This document shows positions 1-13,080 of a DNA stretch of 64,000 nt, one piece after another; position 1 is the first letter of the stretch, and each line of letters starts with the position of its first letter. This stretch comes from Macrostomum hystrix (taxonomy: Eukaryota > Animalia > Platyhelminthes): NCBI GenBank assembly GCA_950097015.1, contig CATNEN010000001.1, forward strand, positions 14,756,001 to 14,820,000, given 5' to 3'. The position numbers and the translations under genes are program-made. The notes beneath the pieces are model-generated. The model was not told where the DNA came from and made no database searches. It was given only the letters and a program-made list of their open reading frames with translations.

Positions 1-752
1 TCTACTCTGTCTACTCTGTCTACTTTATCTACTTTGTCTACTCTGTCTACTTTGTCCATTCTGTCCACTCTGTCTACTGTCTACTTTTTCTACTCTGTCT
101 ACTCTGTCTACTTTATCTACTTTGTCTACTCTGTCTACTTTGTCCATTCTGTCCACTCTGTCTACTGTCTACTTTTTCTACTCTGTCTACTCTGTCTACT
201 TTATCTACTTTGTCTACTCTGTCTACTTTGTCCATTCTGTCCACTCTGTCTACTGTCTACTTTGTCTACTCTGTCTACTCCGTCCACTTTGTCTACTTTG
301 TCCATTCTATCCACTGTGTCTATTATCTACTTTGTCTACTCTGTCTACTTTGTCTAATCTGTCTACTTTGTCTCCTCTGTCTACTTTGTCCATTCTGTCT
401 CCTCTGCAGTCTACTCCGTCTACTTTGTCTACTTTGTCCATTCTGTCCACTCTGTCTACTGTCTACTCCGTCTACTTTGTCTACTTTGTCCATTCTGTCC
501 ACTCTGTCTACTGTCTACTTTGTCTACTCTGTCTACTCTGTCTTCTTTATCTACTTTGTCTACTCTGTCTACTTTTTCTACTCTGTCTAATTTGTCTACT
601 TTGTCTACTCGGTCTACTTTGTCTACACTGTCTACTCTGTCTACTTTGTCTACTCTGTCTACTTTGTCTACTCTGTCTACTGTCTACTTTGTCTACTCTG
701 TCTACTTTTTCTGCTCCGGCTAATATTTCTACTTTATGCACCTTGTCTACTT
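1..752. repeat. 9-bp minisatellite (TCTACTCTG/TCTACTTTG), runs off the left edge
   Basis: Direct reading; source of the STLSTL/CLLCLL ORFs. Confidence 0.95.
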
Positions 753-1364
753 TGGCTACAAGCTATCCAAACCAGTTTACAGCCAGTTTTGTCTACCCTT
801 TCCTACGCCAAACTGTCCATTCATTTCAGGTCTCCCCCCATATAACAATGCTTCATTTATCACATCTCAGTTTGATATCGTGAATTATTCAGAAAAAAAC
901 TACGGCAAGTCATATAAGTCTAGAAGTTGTACAGTAACTAAGGTAGAGGCTGGTTCACCACAGAGTTATCGATTCGCTGCAGCAGCTGAGCCAACTGCAA
1001 CAGTTCCATGCAAGCCTGTACGGCTCGTATAACTTACTGTTTTGTCTCATGCATTGCTCTCTGACATCAGAAAGTCAAGTGAACCTACAAGGGGGACCTT
1101 CTGAAAGCATGCCTATTATTGCTTTTTACCCAATGAAATACAAGCCTTTCTTGCCTGGACGGAACTCTGCATCCACTGCTATATGGGATGAAAATATTAA
1201 CCGATAAGTTTTGTAGTTCAATGTTTTCGTGCAACTTTGAACGAATATTACACCGTAGGACATGTCCTAAGTATTAGCAATAACCTTGAGTCGTTTAGGT
1301 CTTACCCGCAATCCATAAAGTTATCCCTAGTTTTTGCAATCCTCCTTAATCCTCGTGGTTATCC

Positions 1365-1795
1365 GTAACCCTAGAGATTATCCTTAATCCTTTAGATCGT
1401 TCCTAATACTTTGGATTATCCCGAATCCTTTGGATAATTCCTAAGCCTTTAGATTATCCCTAATCATAGTGATTATCCTTAATCCAAGAGATTATCCCTA
1501 ATCCTAGAGATTATCCCTAATCCTAGAGATTATCCCTAATCCTAGAGATTATCCCTAATCCTAGAGATTATCCCTAATCCTAGAGATTATCCCTAATCCT
1601 AGAGATTATCCCTAATCCTAGAGATTATCCCTAATCCTAGAGATTATCCCTAATCCTAGAGATTATCCCTAATCCTAGAGATTATCCCTAATCCTAGAGA
1701 TTATCCCTAATCCTAGAGATTATCCCTAATCCTAGAGATTATCCCTAATCCTTAATATTATCCAAAATTCTCTAGATTACCCCAAATCCTAGAAA
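1365..1795. repeat. 19-bp minisatellite ATCCTAGAGATTATCCCTA
   Basis: About 13 perfect copies at 1490-1750 with degenerate flanks. Confidence 0.95.
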
Positions 1796-2134
1796 CTATA
1801 TGTTTATCCTTGATCCTAGCGATCGCCCTAAAAGCTTAAGTATCTAAGCCCAAATGTCGCAAAGACATTAAGATCTTTAGGCTTGTTGCGGTTAAAATTT
1901 AACACCCCATCAGCAATGAACCCTAAGTGCACATTTTACCATCAGCCGCGTTTTCCCATCACAGCTTGTAATTTTTTCTCTATAGACTTTGAAAGTTTTG
2001 GAGATAGGTGAGAAACCTTATCGAAACAATAATTATAGCTCGTATAATTAACATATCATGCTTTGCTGGACTAAAAAAAGATAGTTATGCCCTAATTTGG
2101 ATTATTTGGTGAATTCCTAAAATATATTTTTCAG

Positions 2135-2874
2135 ATTTTTAAAGGCTACCTGGACGACCACCTGAATGCCGACAATGCCTGGATTGAAGCCGTTGTCATC
2201 AACATTCACGAATCCGACAACTGGAAATTCTCGGATGCCATGCTCAAGGTCAGATCTGAAATTCATCACTGTCTCTCATACCTGAATCTCACAGTCTCAC
2301 CCTGAATCTCACTCCCTCTCATACCTGAATCTCACAGTCTCACCCTAAATCTCACAGTCTCACCCTAAATCTCACTGTCTCTCATACCTGAATCTCAGTG
2401 TCTCTCATACCTGAATCTCACTGTCTCTCATACCTGAATCTCACTGTCTCTCATACCTGAATCTCACTGTCTCTCATACCTGAATCTCACTGTCTCTCAT
2501 ACCTGAATCTCACTGTCTCATACCTGAATCTCACTGTCTCTCATACCTGAATCTCAGTGTCTCTCATACCTGAATCTCACAGTCTCACCCAAAATCTCAC
2601 AGTCTCACCCTAAATCTCACTGTCTCTCATACCTGAATCTCACTGTCTCTCATACCTGAATCTCACAGTCTCACCCTGAATCTTATAGTCTCAACTTGAG
2701 TCTCACAGTCTCACCCTGAACCACGCACACTTGAATTTCTTTGAGCAGGTGTTCTCAGAGCCGGACTCAGATGAGCAAGCTCGGTGGATGGAGGTAGCCT
2801 ACAGCACGGCAATGCGGTCAAGCCACTGCGAGATGCTCAAAACGATTGCATCGAATCATCGAGCTTATTTTTGA
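2135..2874 (+). CDS. 3' end (last two exons, join 2135..2248,2749..2874) of a gene ending in a NUDT9/NUDT9-H ADP-ribose pyrophosphatase-like domain; TRPM2-like channel or NUDT9 homologue; earlier exons not identified
   Basis: ttttcag|IFKGYLDDHLNADNAWIEAVVINIHESDNWKFSDAMLK|gt..ag|VFSEPDSDEQARWMEVAYSTAMRSSHCEMLKTIASNHRAYF*; matches the recalled NUDT9/TRPM2 tail (YKGYxDDPRNTDNAW.E...H...W...LYAxH...AH[WY]); phase-0 GT-AG junction; absent from the ORF track. Confidence 0.85.
2262..2720. repeat. 23-bp intronic minisatellite CACTGTCTCTCATACCTGAATCT
   Basis: Fills intron 2249-2748. Confidence 0.93.
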
Positions 2875-3287
2875 GCACTATTTTTGGAGGAAGCCGAGAA
2901 AGTTTGCGCGCTGCAGTGTGCGTGTTCTCAGAGTCTTTCTGAGACCAAACTCAGAGCATGGCACACTCTCTCAACTGAAAATAGTTTCCGGTCAAAGGAT
3001 GGCCGTTGAGAGAATTCTTGCATTGTTGAGAACTGGCCAATGTTGAGTGTTTCTTAGATGAGTTTTTTTCAACTTTCGCTTTGCAAAGGCTTCCTTGGGA
3101 TTAAATTTATGGTTTTAGAAGCAACTAAAAATCAGTTTTCTTAATGTAAAATGTAATATTTAAGGTTCACTCGCGTGTTGGTTTAAATTTTCTCATTAGC
3201 AAGTCGCTTTTTATTGACTGCGGTTAATAATTGATTGTCGTGTATCATATAGAATTCTAACATGATTGCCAAGCTAATGCTACACTG

Positions 3288-3506
3288 GTGTCGCACCGAC
3301 ATCCCTGAGTTCGATTCCGCGGTTGGGTCGCATTCATTTGGCCGGGGGGGCGTCCAAGTCACAGTGAGAGTGTACACTGCCTGACAATGAGACTTTCAGG
3401 GCAGATGTACACACCCTGTGTGAGCGTGTGCTCAGGAGTCAGCGAAATGCGTACAATCGCATGCCTCCTCGCTGGCTGCGGGTCTAGTGTCACCAATTAA
3501 TGCACC
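3288..3506 (+). mobile_element. SINE family A, 5'-truncated and internally deleted copy
   Basis: B-box GAGTTCGATTC, GTGTACACTGCCTGAC hairpin and GCCTCCTCGCTGGCTGCGGGTCTAGTGTCACC shared with five other copies in the window. Confidence 0.8.
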
Positions 3507-5058
3507 AGTTTATAAGCTAGAGTTTTTCCTAATTGACCACGATATTTATCCTACTATACAGAGGGAATACGATCCAACATTGAATGGATAAATTTTGTGA
3601 TTGTCTGTCATTTCTGCAAGAATTAGGCAATCAATTTCAGTTTTTCTCAACCCCCCATAATGCCCAAACTCATCTCCCAAGCTAAAGTCAATAAATTATC
3701 GCTCAAAAACCAAACACAAAAGTGCAGACAATTGCAGCTTCCACCATTTTTTCCACTTCCGTTAAAATTTTAGTTTTAGCTACGTTTCACGCGATAAAAA
3801 TCAATTTTTAAAGCAATTTTTTAGTTTTTTAATAACATTATCTTCGACATTCAACAAATTTAAACGGAATGTTTTGTTTCAAGTAATTTTTGTTAAAATT
3901 ACTCGCCATGTCTTCAACATATTCATCAGGAAATTGGTTTGAATTAAAACTGATTATTCAACTAACGGCATGCGAAGCTACTTGTTGCTGGAATATGTTC
4001 TGTTTTTTGTTGACATTTATTTATGTTACAAAAGCAAACTGTACTTCATTTCGCTTAATTGAAAATAACTAAATAAGATCAAGATGAATAGATAGATTTT
4101 GTTGCGTTTTTTAGATCCGACTTCAATTCAAAAACCAACGACAACGGAACTGACAGGCAAAGAGAAAACGGAAACTAGCTTAGACTTGATTAGATCAGCA
4201 AAGTTGAACTATAATGCACGAGATGTACTTTTACAGGCTGTTTGTACTGTCTAAACAGGCCTTTGTGTGTACTGCAGAAATCCTTTTGTTTTCAGTTTTT
4301 TGACGAACTCGACAATGCCACTATACTCCAGCTAGCTCTGTGTTTGTCTTGGAGAATTTGAGAGCGTTAAAAAATTTCTGGGTCACATGATGCGGAAGAC
4401 ATTGTAGAGAACAAAAAGCAATGCACACTAGCCAGCCACTAGTAATTAATCCTTGCCTATTTTTGCTAGCCAGAAACTGTGCGCGCGCATGGTGCCTGCA
4501 ATTCTAGTCTTTTACAACCGAGCCAGTAAAATAAACCTAAATCCCTTCTGGATGGATGGCGCCAGTGCAAAATCCCCAGATAATCGGTTTCGATAGCTTC
4601 GAGAAAACGTAAAAAAATACCCGACAAATGTTCCACTGAGTATTCGGTTTCTGGCATGTCTTTTTATAGAACTCATGTTCCAGAACAACTTTGAATGTGT
4701 TGAAAATTTTCTAAATAATTCTTATCTTGTCTTGTCTTGACCCGATTCCGTCATGGCTAAGTATTTTTAGCTTGGAAGATACTTATAAATGGGCATAAAC
4801 TGGTGTTAGATATCAGAATCAATTGTCGGCAGTATCAGTTGCTGAACGTGACAGAAACGTCAAATTGAGAATCTCAGGGTGTCTCGACCTGCTCGCTCCA
4901 TGATTGGCTGAAAACTAAATAGCAAACTTTCCATTGGCTGCCAGGCATCTGATCACTGCTTATTAGCATCAGCGGGGGGTCAGTCAGTGAACACACGGGA
5001 CAGTCATCGCAGCAGCTACTGAATTCCATTGCCGTTCGCTTTGACCTCCAGCTCAGAA

Positions 5059-6813
5059 ATGTCGGGCGATGACAGAAGCGACGACGATAACGAGTACGCG
5101 CAGTTCGCCGAGCTGTCGCAATACGTCACCGCCCTAGTGCTCTACCCGATTGTCTCCCTGATTGGCATGGCGGGTAGCGCGCTCTGCATTGCTGTGCTCA
5201 GCCAGAGACAGATGCTCACTAGCACCAATGTCTACCTGATAGCCCTGGCAGTGGCCGACTTGATGAAGCTGGCCAATGATTTCCTGTACTTTCCAGCCAC
5301 GCTGCTTCAGATGAGCGGCTCGCGGCGGGGTGGCGCGGTGTTCGCGCACCTGTATCCGTACGCGTTCTTCCTGTCGCAGTACACGAGCGGCTGCGCAGCC
5401 TGGCTGACGGTTGTCGTAGCCGGCGAGCGCTGCCTGATGGTGACACATCCCAACTGGAGTCGGTACACGCTGACTGTGCGGAAATCTCGGATTGTGTCAG
5501 CTGTCACCTACGCGTCTGTCATGCTAGTCACCTGGCCGTACCTATTTCGCTACGAGACTGTGTGCGATTCGGCTGAAGAGAACGTCACCTCGGTGGCGCC
5601 ATCCACAATGAGCAGCAATATCAGCAATATCAGCGACTGCACATGGAAGCCAGCGCCCAGTCGGCTTTGGTCCAACGGTCTATTCGCGACCTACTCCAAG
5701 TACTATGTGCAATTCCAGAGCTGTTTAAAGTCGATTGTCCCGCTGCTAATACTGATTGTGCTGAATGTGCGCATTGTGATGGCTGTCAGGGAGACTCGAG
5801 CCAACAAGAAGCTGGCTTCAAGGAACCGAGTGACTCTGATGCTTGTCATGGTGATTCTCTGCTACATAGTCTTCACAATGCCGGACTCTGCCCTCTCAGC
5901 CATGGGCTGGGGCTACACAGAAGTCACTTCTAACTTGCGCCGTGGCATCCGCGAAATTAGCGACCTCCTGCTAGCCGTGAACTCTTCCGTCAACTTTTTT
6001 CTTTACGTCGCTTTCAACAGGGTGTTCAGGCAGAACCTTCTGGCGCTGTGCTGCAAGTCGGCCGCGGGTCCCATCGAGGGCAGACAGCAGACAGCAGGAT
6101 TCGGGCCCTGTGGAGACGCCTGCAGCCGGTCCATCCTCGTCAGCCACAGAGCCAAGAAGCTGGCCGGAGACACGGCCTGCGGATCATCGACTGTCGCCTT
6201 TGCCGAGGAAGGACGGCAGAACAGCCACAGGAAGCACGGTGCAGGAAGCCATCGTCAACAACGATGTGAGCGGGCGAGGAGCGTCAACAGGTGCTCCAGG
6301 ACGATCACAGAGTGCGGCGTGACGTCCGCCATCACCGGAGCCACCACAGAAGGTGCCTCGGACGTCCAAGAAGTTGAAAATGACCCTCTAGCGCAAATTG
6401 AGACGCTGGAGGCCGAAGGCTCTGCGCCTGAGGAGGAAGCTGTAGGACTTCACGATAGCGAGCAGTCGTGGAACTTTCGACACGGAATGCATCAGCAGCA
6501 GCAGCCGCTGCAGTACAGCTGCAGAAACCGACGACATCGAAGCACTCACCACCTGATCTGCCAGCAGCAGAGACAGTCAGCCGGAGAGCTGCTGACGGCT
6601 CTGCTGCATCCTGATCGGACGATCTGCCCAACGGAGTCAATCGACGGATCCGAGGAGCAGCAGGAGGACGATGTTGCCATGGCAACGGCTGGTCACGTGC
6701 AAGTTGTGGTCACGCTGGTTGTGCACCACCGAGGCTGCACATCGCCAACCAACTGCGACGGTATTGAGGAAAGCGATCAAGGCGGCACGGAGACGAACCG
6801 GATCATCGAGTAA
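5059..6813 (+). CDS. Class A (rhodopsin-like) peptide GPCR, FMRFamide/myosuppressin/sex-peptide receptor-like, intronless CDS, ~584 aa with ~250-aa low-complexity C-tail
   Basis: 7 hydrophobic segments; STNVYLIALAVADL (TM2), WLTVVVAGERC (ERY variant), IVPLLILIVLN (TM5), VFTMP (TM6), NSSVNFFLY (TM7), CC after helix 8; ATG at 5059 follows a splice-acceptor-like ttgacctccag. Confidence 0.93.
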   Translation: MSGDDRSDDDNEYAQFAELSQYVTALVLYPIVSLIGMAGSALCIAVLSQRQMLTSTNVYLIALAVADLMKLANDFLYFPATLLQMSGSRRGGAVFAHLYPYAFFLSQYTSGCAAWLTVVVAGERCLMVTHPNWSRYTLTVRKSRIVSAVTYASVMLVTWPYLFRYETVCDSAEENVTSVAPSTMSSNISNISDCTWKPAPSRLWSNGLFATYSKYYVQFQSCLKSIVPLLILIVLNVRIVMAVRETRANKKLASRNRVTLMLVMVILCYIVFTMPDSALSAMGWGYTEVTSNLRRGIREISDLLLAVNSSVNFFLYVAFNRVFRQNLLALCCKSAAGPIEGRQQTAGFGPCGDACSRSILVSHRAKKLAGDTACGSSTVAFAEEGRQNSHRKHGAGSHRQQRCERARSVNRCSRTITECGVTSAITGATTEGASDVQEVENDPLAQIETLEAEGSAPEEEAVGLHDSEQSWNFRHGMHQQQQPLQYSCRNRRHRSTHHLICQQQRQSAGELLTALLHPDRTICPTESIDGSEEQQEDDVAMATAGHVQVVVTLVVHHRGCTSPTNCDGIEESDQGGTETNRIIE

Positions 6814-7389
6814 CAAATTAGTATAAAGACTAGCAAATTTAGCCCCCCTCTTGGAGTCAAAAACCTAACGAATCGTCTTATTTTTTTGTTGCTATAACTG
6901 CAAATAATTGAAAGTTTATGATAGATAATCATCATAAGGCTTTGTCTTCTTGTGTGCATTGTTGTCTTTGTTGTCTTTCGCGCTTAAAAAACATCAAGAC
7001 CGGTTTTAATTTCTTAAAATCATTGCGGCTTTAAGTGCGCATTGTGCGTTAGCTTTCATTAACTGCCAAACTGCGGACCCATTAGAACTCAATTGTGGCT
7101 CTCCAAATACCTAAGAGCTTCTAGCTATGCGAACCAATTTATTTTAGTCTGAAAAAATGTAAACAAAAGGCTTTCTACCTGAATCGCAGCCAATCTATAG
7201 TAGAGGTTTTTAGCTTAGCAAAAAGATTTTTTTGAGCCTTAATTAGGAAAAGTACTGCTCGACGCAAGCACCTTTAGACAATAGATCCCTTACAATAGAT
7301 CAGCCATCCGGGACTAAGCCAAAAAATTACGAGTTTTTTACGAGAAGCAAAAGGCTTTCGATGACAAAGTCTAATTTAAAGCGATGAAC

Positions 7390-10300
7390 CCGAATCTCTT
7401 CATTATCTCATTCTCTCTTAACGTTCTCTCAATTCCCATTATCTCTTCCCATATACTATATTCATATTCTCTCGATTCTCATTCTCTCTCTTTCAATTCT
7501 CTCTTCCCATTCTTTCTTCCCATTCTCTCTATTCCCATTCTCTCTCTTTCCATTCTCTCTATTCCCATTCTCTCTATTCCCATTCTGCCTTTCCATTCTC
7601 TCTCTTCCCATTCTCTCTTCCCATTCTTTCTTCCCATTCTGTCTATTCCCATTCTCTCTCTTTCCATTCTCTCTTTCCATTCTCTACTCCCATTCTCTCT
7701 ATTCCCACTCTCTCTATTCCCATTCTCTCTTCCCATTCTCTCTTCCCATTCTCTCTCTTCCCATTCTCTCTCTTCCCATTCTCTCTTCCCATTCTGTCTA
7801 TTCCCATTCTCTCTCTTTCCATTCTCTCTCTTCCCATTCTCTACTCCCATTCTCTCTCTTCCCATTCTCTCTATTCCCATTCTCTCTATTCCCATTCTCT
7901 CTATTCCCATTCTGCCTTTCCATTCTCTCTCTTCCCATTCTCTCTTCCCATTCTTTCTTCCCATTCTGTCTATTCCCATTCTCTCTCTTTCCATTCTCTC
8001 TTTCCATTCTCTACTCCCATTCTCTCTATTCCCACTCTCTCTATTCCCATTCTCTCTATTCCCATTCTGCCTTTCCATTCTCTCTCTTCCCATTCTCTCT
8101 TCCCATTCTCTCTTCCCATTCTCTCTCTTTCCATTCTCTCTCTTCCCATTCTCTCTTCCCATTCTGTCTATTCCCATTCTCTCTCTTTCCATTCTCTCTC
8201 TTCCCATTCTCTACTCCCATTCTCTCTCTTCCCATTCTCTCTATTCCCATTCTCTCTATTCCCATTCTCTCTATTCCCATTCTGCCTTTCCATTCTCTCT
8301 CTTCCCATTCTCTCTTCCCATTCTGTCTATTCCCATTCTCTCTCTTTCCATTCTCTCTCTTCCCATTCTCTACTCCCATTCTCTCTCTTCCCATTCTCTC
8401 TATTCCCATTCTCTCTATTCCCATTCTCTCTATTCCCATTCTGCCTTTCCATTCTCTCTCTTCCCATTCTCTCTTCCCATTCTTTCTTCCCATTCTGTCT
8501 ATTCCCATTCTCTCTCTTTCCATTCTCTCTTTCCATTCTCTACTCCCATTCTCTCTATTCCCACTCTCTCTATTCCCATTCTCTCTATTCCCATTCTGCC
8601 TTTCCATTCTCTCTCTTCCCATTCTCTCTTCCCATTCTCTCTTCCCATTCTCTCTCTTTCCATTCTCTCTCTTCCCATTCTCTCTTCCCATTCTGTCTAT
8701 TTCCATTCTCTATTCCCATGCTCTATTCACATTTTCTCTCTAACAAGCAAGGAAGCAGTAAGGTAAATAAATAGGATCATTCTCTTCTTGTTGTTTCAGT
8801 GGTTAAAATGGCTCTATTCTCTCTCTTCCCATTCTCACTATTCCCATTCTCTCTATTCCCATTCTCTCTATTCCCATTCTCTCTATTCCCATTCTCTCTA
8901 TTCCCATTCTCTCTATTCCCATTCTCGCTATTCCCATTCTCTCTCTTCCCATTCTTGTTATTTCCATTCTATCTCTACTCATTCTCTCTATTCCCATTCT
9001 CTCTATTCCCATTCTCTTTATTCCCATTCTCTCTCTTTCCATTTTTTCCACTTTCTTCCCATTCTCTCTATTCCCATTCTCTCTATTCCCATTCTCGCTA
9101 TTCCCATTCTCTCTCCTTCCATTCTCTCTCTTCCCATTCTCTCTTCCCATTCTTTCTTCCCATTCTGTCTATTCCCATTCTCTCTCTTTCCATTCTCTCT
9201 TTCCATTCTCTCTCTTCCCATTCTCTCTTCCCATTCTCTCTTCCCATTCTCTCTCTTTCCATTCTCTCTCTTCCCATTCTCTCTTCCCATTCTGTCTATT
9301 CCCATTCTCTCTCTTTCCATTCTCTCTCTTCCCATTCTCTACTCCCATTCTCTCTCTTCCCATTCTCTCTATTCCCATTCTCTCTATTCCCATTCTCTCT
9401 ATTCCCATTCTGCCTTTCCATTCTCTCTCTTCCCATTCTCTCTTCCCATTCTTTCTTCCCATTCTGTCTATTCCCATTCTCTCTCTTTCCATTCTCTCTT
9501 TCCATTCTCTACTCCCATTCTCTCTATTCCCACTCTCTCTATTCCCATTCTCTCTATTCCCATTCTGCCTTTCCATTCTCTCTCTTCCCATTCTCTCTTC
9601 CCATTCTCTCTTCCCATTCTCTCTCTTCCCATTCTCTCTCTTTCCATTCTCTCTCTTCCCATTCTCTCTCTTCCTATTCTCTCTATTCCCATTCTCTCTA
9701 TTCCCATTCTCTCTATTCCCATTCTCTCTATTCCCATTCTCTCTATTCCCATTCTCGCTATTCCCATTCTCTCTCCTTCCATTCTCTCTCTTCCCATTCT
9801 CTCTTCCCATTCTCTCTCTTCCCATTCTCTCTTCCTATTCTCTCTTCCCATTCTCTCTTCCCATTCTCTCTTCCTATTCTCTATTCCCATTCTGCCTTTC
9901 CATTCTCTCTCTTCCCATTCTCTCTTCCCATTCTCTCTTCCCATTCTCCCTCTTTCCATTCTCTCTCTTCCCATATTTCTTCCCATTCTGTCTATTCCCA
10001 TTCTCTCTCTTTCCATTCTCTCTCTTCCCATTCTCTACTCCCATTCTCTCTCTTCCCATTCTCTCTCTTCCCATTCTTGCTATTTCCATTCTATCTCTAC
10101 TCATTCTCTCTATTCCCATTCTCTACTCCCATTCTCTCTATTCCCATTCTCTCTATTCCCATTCTCCTTATTCCCATTCTCTCTCTTTCCATTTTTTCCA
10201 CTTTCTTCCCATTCTCTCTATTCCCATTCTCGCTATTCCCATTCTCTCTCCTTCCATTCTCTCTCTTCCCATTCTCTCTTCCCATTCTCTCTCTTCCCAT

Positions 10301-10790
10301 TCTCTCTTCCTATTCTCTCTTCCCATTCTCTCTTCCCATTCTCTCTTCCTATTCTCTCTTCCCATTCTCTCTTCCTATTCTCTCTTCCCATTCTCTCTTC
10401 CCATTCTCTCTCTTCCCATTCTCTCTCTTCCCATTCTCTCTTCTCATTCTGTCTATTCCCATTCTCTCTTCCCATTCTCTCTTCCCATTCTCTCTCTTCC
10501 CATTCTCTCTTTCCATTCTCTCTCTTCCCATTCTCTCTTCCCATTCTCTCTCTTCCCATTCTCTCTTCCCATTCTCTCTCTTCCCATTCTCTCTTCCCAT
10601 TCTGTCTATTCCCATTCTCTCTTCCCATTCTCTCTTCCCATTCTCTCTCTTCCCATTCTCTCTTCCCATTCTCTCTCTTCCCATTCTCTCTCTTCCCATT
10701 CTCTATTCCCATTCTCTATTCCTATTCTCTATTCCCATTCTCTCTATTCCCATTCTCTATTCCCATTCTATATTCCCATTTTCTCTCTAA
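7390..10790. repeat. Pyrimidine-rich 13/15-bp minisatellite (CCCATTCTCTCT[C/A]TT) in two blocks separated by an 82-bp unique spacer
   Basis: Direct reading; spacer 8731-8812 recurs at 10778-10859. Confidence 0.95.
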
Positions 10791-11429
10791 CAAGCAAGGA
10801 AGCAGTAAAGTAAATAAATAGGATCATTCTCTTCTTGTTGTTTCAGTGGTTAAAATGGCAATCTGGAAAAGGATACACTTGATCAGATTTTTAAATCCCC
10901 TCGTTGCTATTGCGAAGGCAAAAGCAAGAATTGATCGCTGAGAATATCAAATTTATTTATTGCTGAAATCAGTTAGGATTCCAAATATGGACTGTGTTGT
11001 TAATATCGAGTTGAAGGCAGTATTAAAAATGATGCAGAATATTTTGCAAGACTATAAAATTCCGCTTGGATTCAAGGGCAGAAGCTTGATTGAAAAATGT
11101 TCCAGATGTAAATTCGATGTCGCAGGAAATTGCCTGGTTGCAGTAGTCCAATTGTGTGCGATAATTAAAAGCATGGGCATTGTTCGATAGGTAGAAAAAG
11201 TCACATTTTTTCTCCCAAGACAAGAAATTAAAGATTCACTTTTTTACGTGTTGCATTTCTGACTGGCAGACACATCATCTGCAGGGCAGTGGTCTGATAA
11301 AAATGTTCAACAACTATTCATGCGTATAACAGTTCTGGATAAAGCAAAATTCTTGTCTTCTAATTCGTAGTACCTTGAACTACTTCGATATAGACTCCTA
11401 GAATCCTTGTGTCGTGACAATAATCCACA

Positions 11430-11915
11430 TTCCTAGAATCCCGATTCATAAAAATCCCTATTCTTAGAATCCAATCCTAGAATCCCGATTCCTAGAATCC
11501 CGATTCCTAGAATCCCGATTCCTAGAATCCCGATTCCTAGAATCCCGATTCCTAGAATCCCGATTCCTAGAATCCCGATTCCTAGAATCCCGATTCCTAG
11601 AATCCCGATTCCTAGAATCCCGATTCCTAGAATCCCGATTCCTAGAATCCCGATTCCTAGAATCCCAATTCCTAGAATCCCGATTCCTAGAATCACGATT
11701 CCTAGAATCCCGATTCTTAGAATCCCGATTCCTAGAATCCCGATTCCTAGAATCCCGATTCCTAGAATCCCGATTCCTAGAATCCCGATTCCTAGAATCC
11801 CGATTCCTAGAATCCCGATTCCTAGAATCCCGATTCTTAGAATCCCGATTCCTAGAATCCCGATTCTTAGAATCCCGATTCCTAGAATCCCAATTCCTTG
11901 AATCCCAATTCCTAC
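11430..11915. repeat. 15-bp minisatellite CCTAGAATCCCGATT, near-perfect
   Basis: About 29 copies. Confidence 0.96.
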
Positions 11916-12689
11916 GATTTTTTTCAACTGCTCTTTTAAACCTGAATTCCTTAAATCTATATTTCTCGAATCCTGAAAATATTAGTCCCAATCCGTGTAA
12001 CTTTGTAGTTTTCCGTTTGTTCAATAAAAAAATCTGAAATTCTATATACAATGCCATTTTTAAATGCCAATTATTAGATACAATCCCAGCCTCATTAAAT
12101 CAGAATCCCAATCCCTTGAATCTCAGTCCTTGAAATCCTAATTGGGCAAATCCTTGCTAGAATTCCCAATAGTCATAATCTCAATTCTCAGAAGACATTA
12201 AATTAATGAAAATGCTGTTTAGCTGAGAATGTCATACTGGAGTGCAGGAGCATACTATGTACATAAAATATTCTCGTAGCAGAATTGTCAGCAATTTCAT
12301 GCCAGTCGTCAGTAAAATATCCCATATTCTCATTCCAATTAATCCCTTTCTAGCACAGTTGAGGGAGATATCGGCGCAAGTGCCCATGAGGATTAAACTG
12401 TGCTGCAGAAACTAAATCGAATGGGGATAAAAATAGGTTTGCTTGGAGAACTCTGCGACTCGCTGAACTTCAACTAATTATGGCTGGTTAATGATGAAAT
12501 TCAACTCAGATTGGATTTCTGTGCCCTTTATGCCTGTCTTCTACTCATCTGCCTGTCCATTTATCAATCTATCAACATGTCTATTCAGTTATCAATCTAT
12601 CAATCATACACATATCTCGACTATCAAGAGTTCATTGATTCATCTGTCAATGAATCTGTTTATAAATCTACGAGTTTATAGGGGCCAAC

Positions 12690-13080
12690 CTGACAATCAA
12701 TCAATAAATCAATAAATCAGTCTGTCAGTCAATCAATCAATCAACCAGATAGTCAATCGGTCAATCAATCGATCAACCAACCAATCAGTCAATCAATCAG
12801 TCAGTCATTCAATCAACCAGATAGTCAATCGGTCAATCAATCAGTCAGTCATTCAATCAACCAATCAATCAATCAGATTGACAGTCAATCAATCAGATAG
12901 ACAGTCAATCAATCAGATATACAATCAATCAATCAATCAATCAGATAGACAGTCGATCAATCAATCATCAATCAGATTGACAGTCAATCAATCAAACAAT
13001 CAGATATACAATCAATCAATCAATCAATCAGATAGACAGTCAATCAATCAATCAAACAGTCAACAGTCATCAATTCACTC
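12690..13080. repeat. Degenerate (CAAT)n/(CAGT)n microsatellite
   Basis: Direct reading. Confidence 0.9.
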
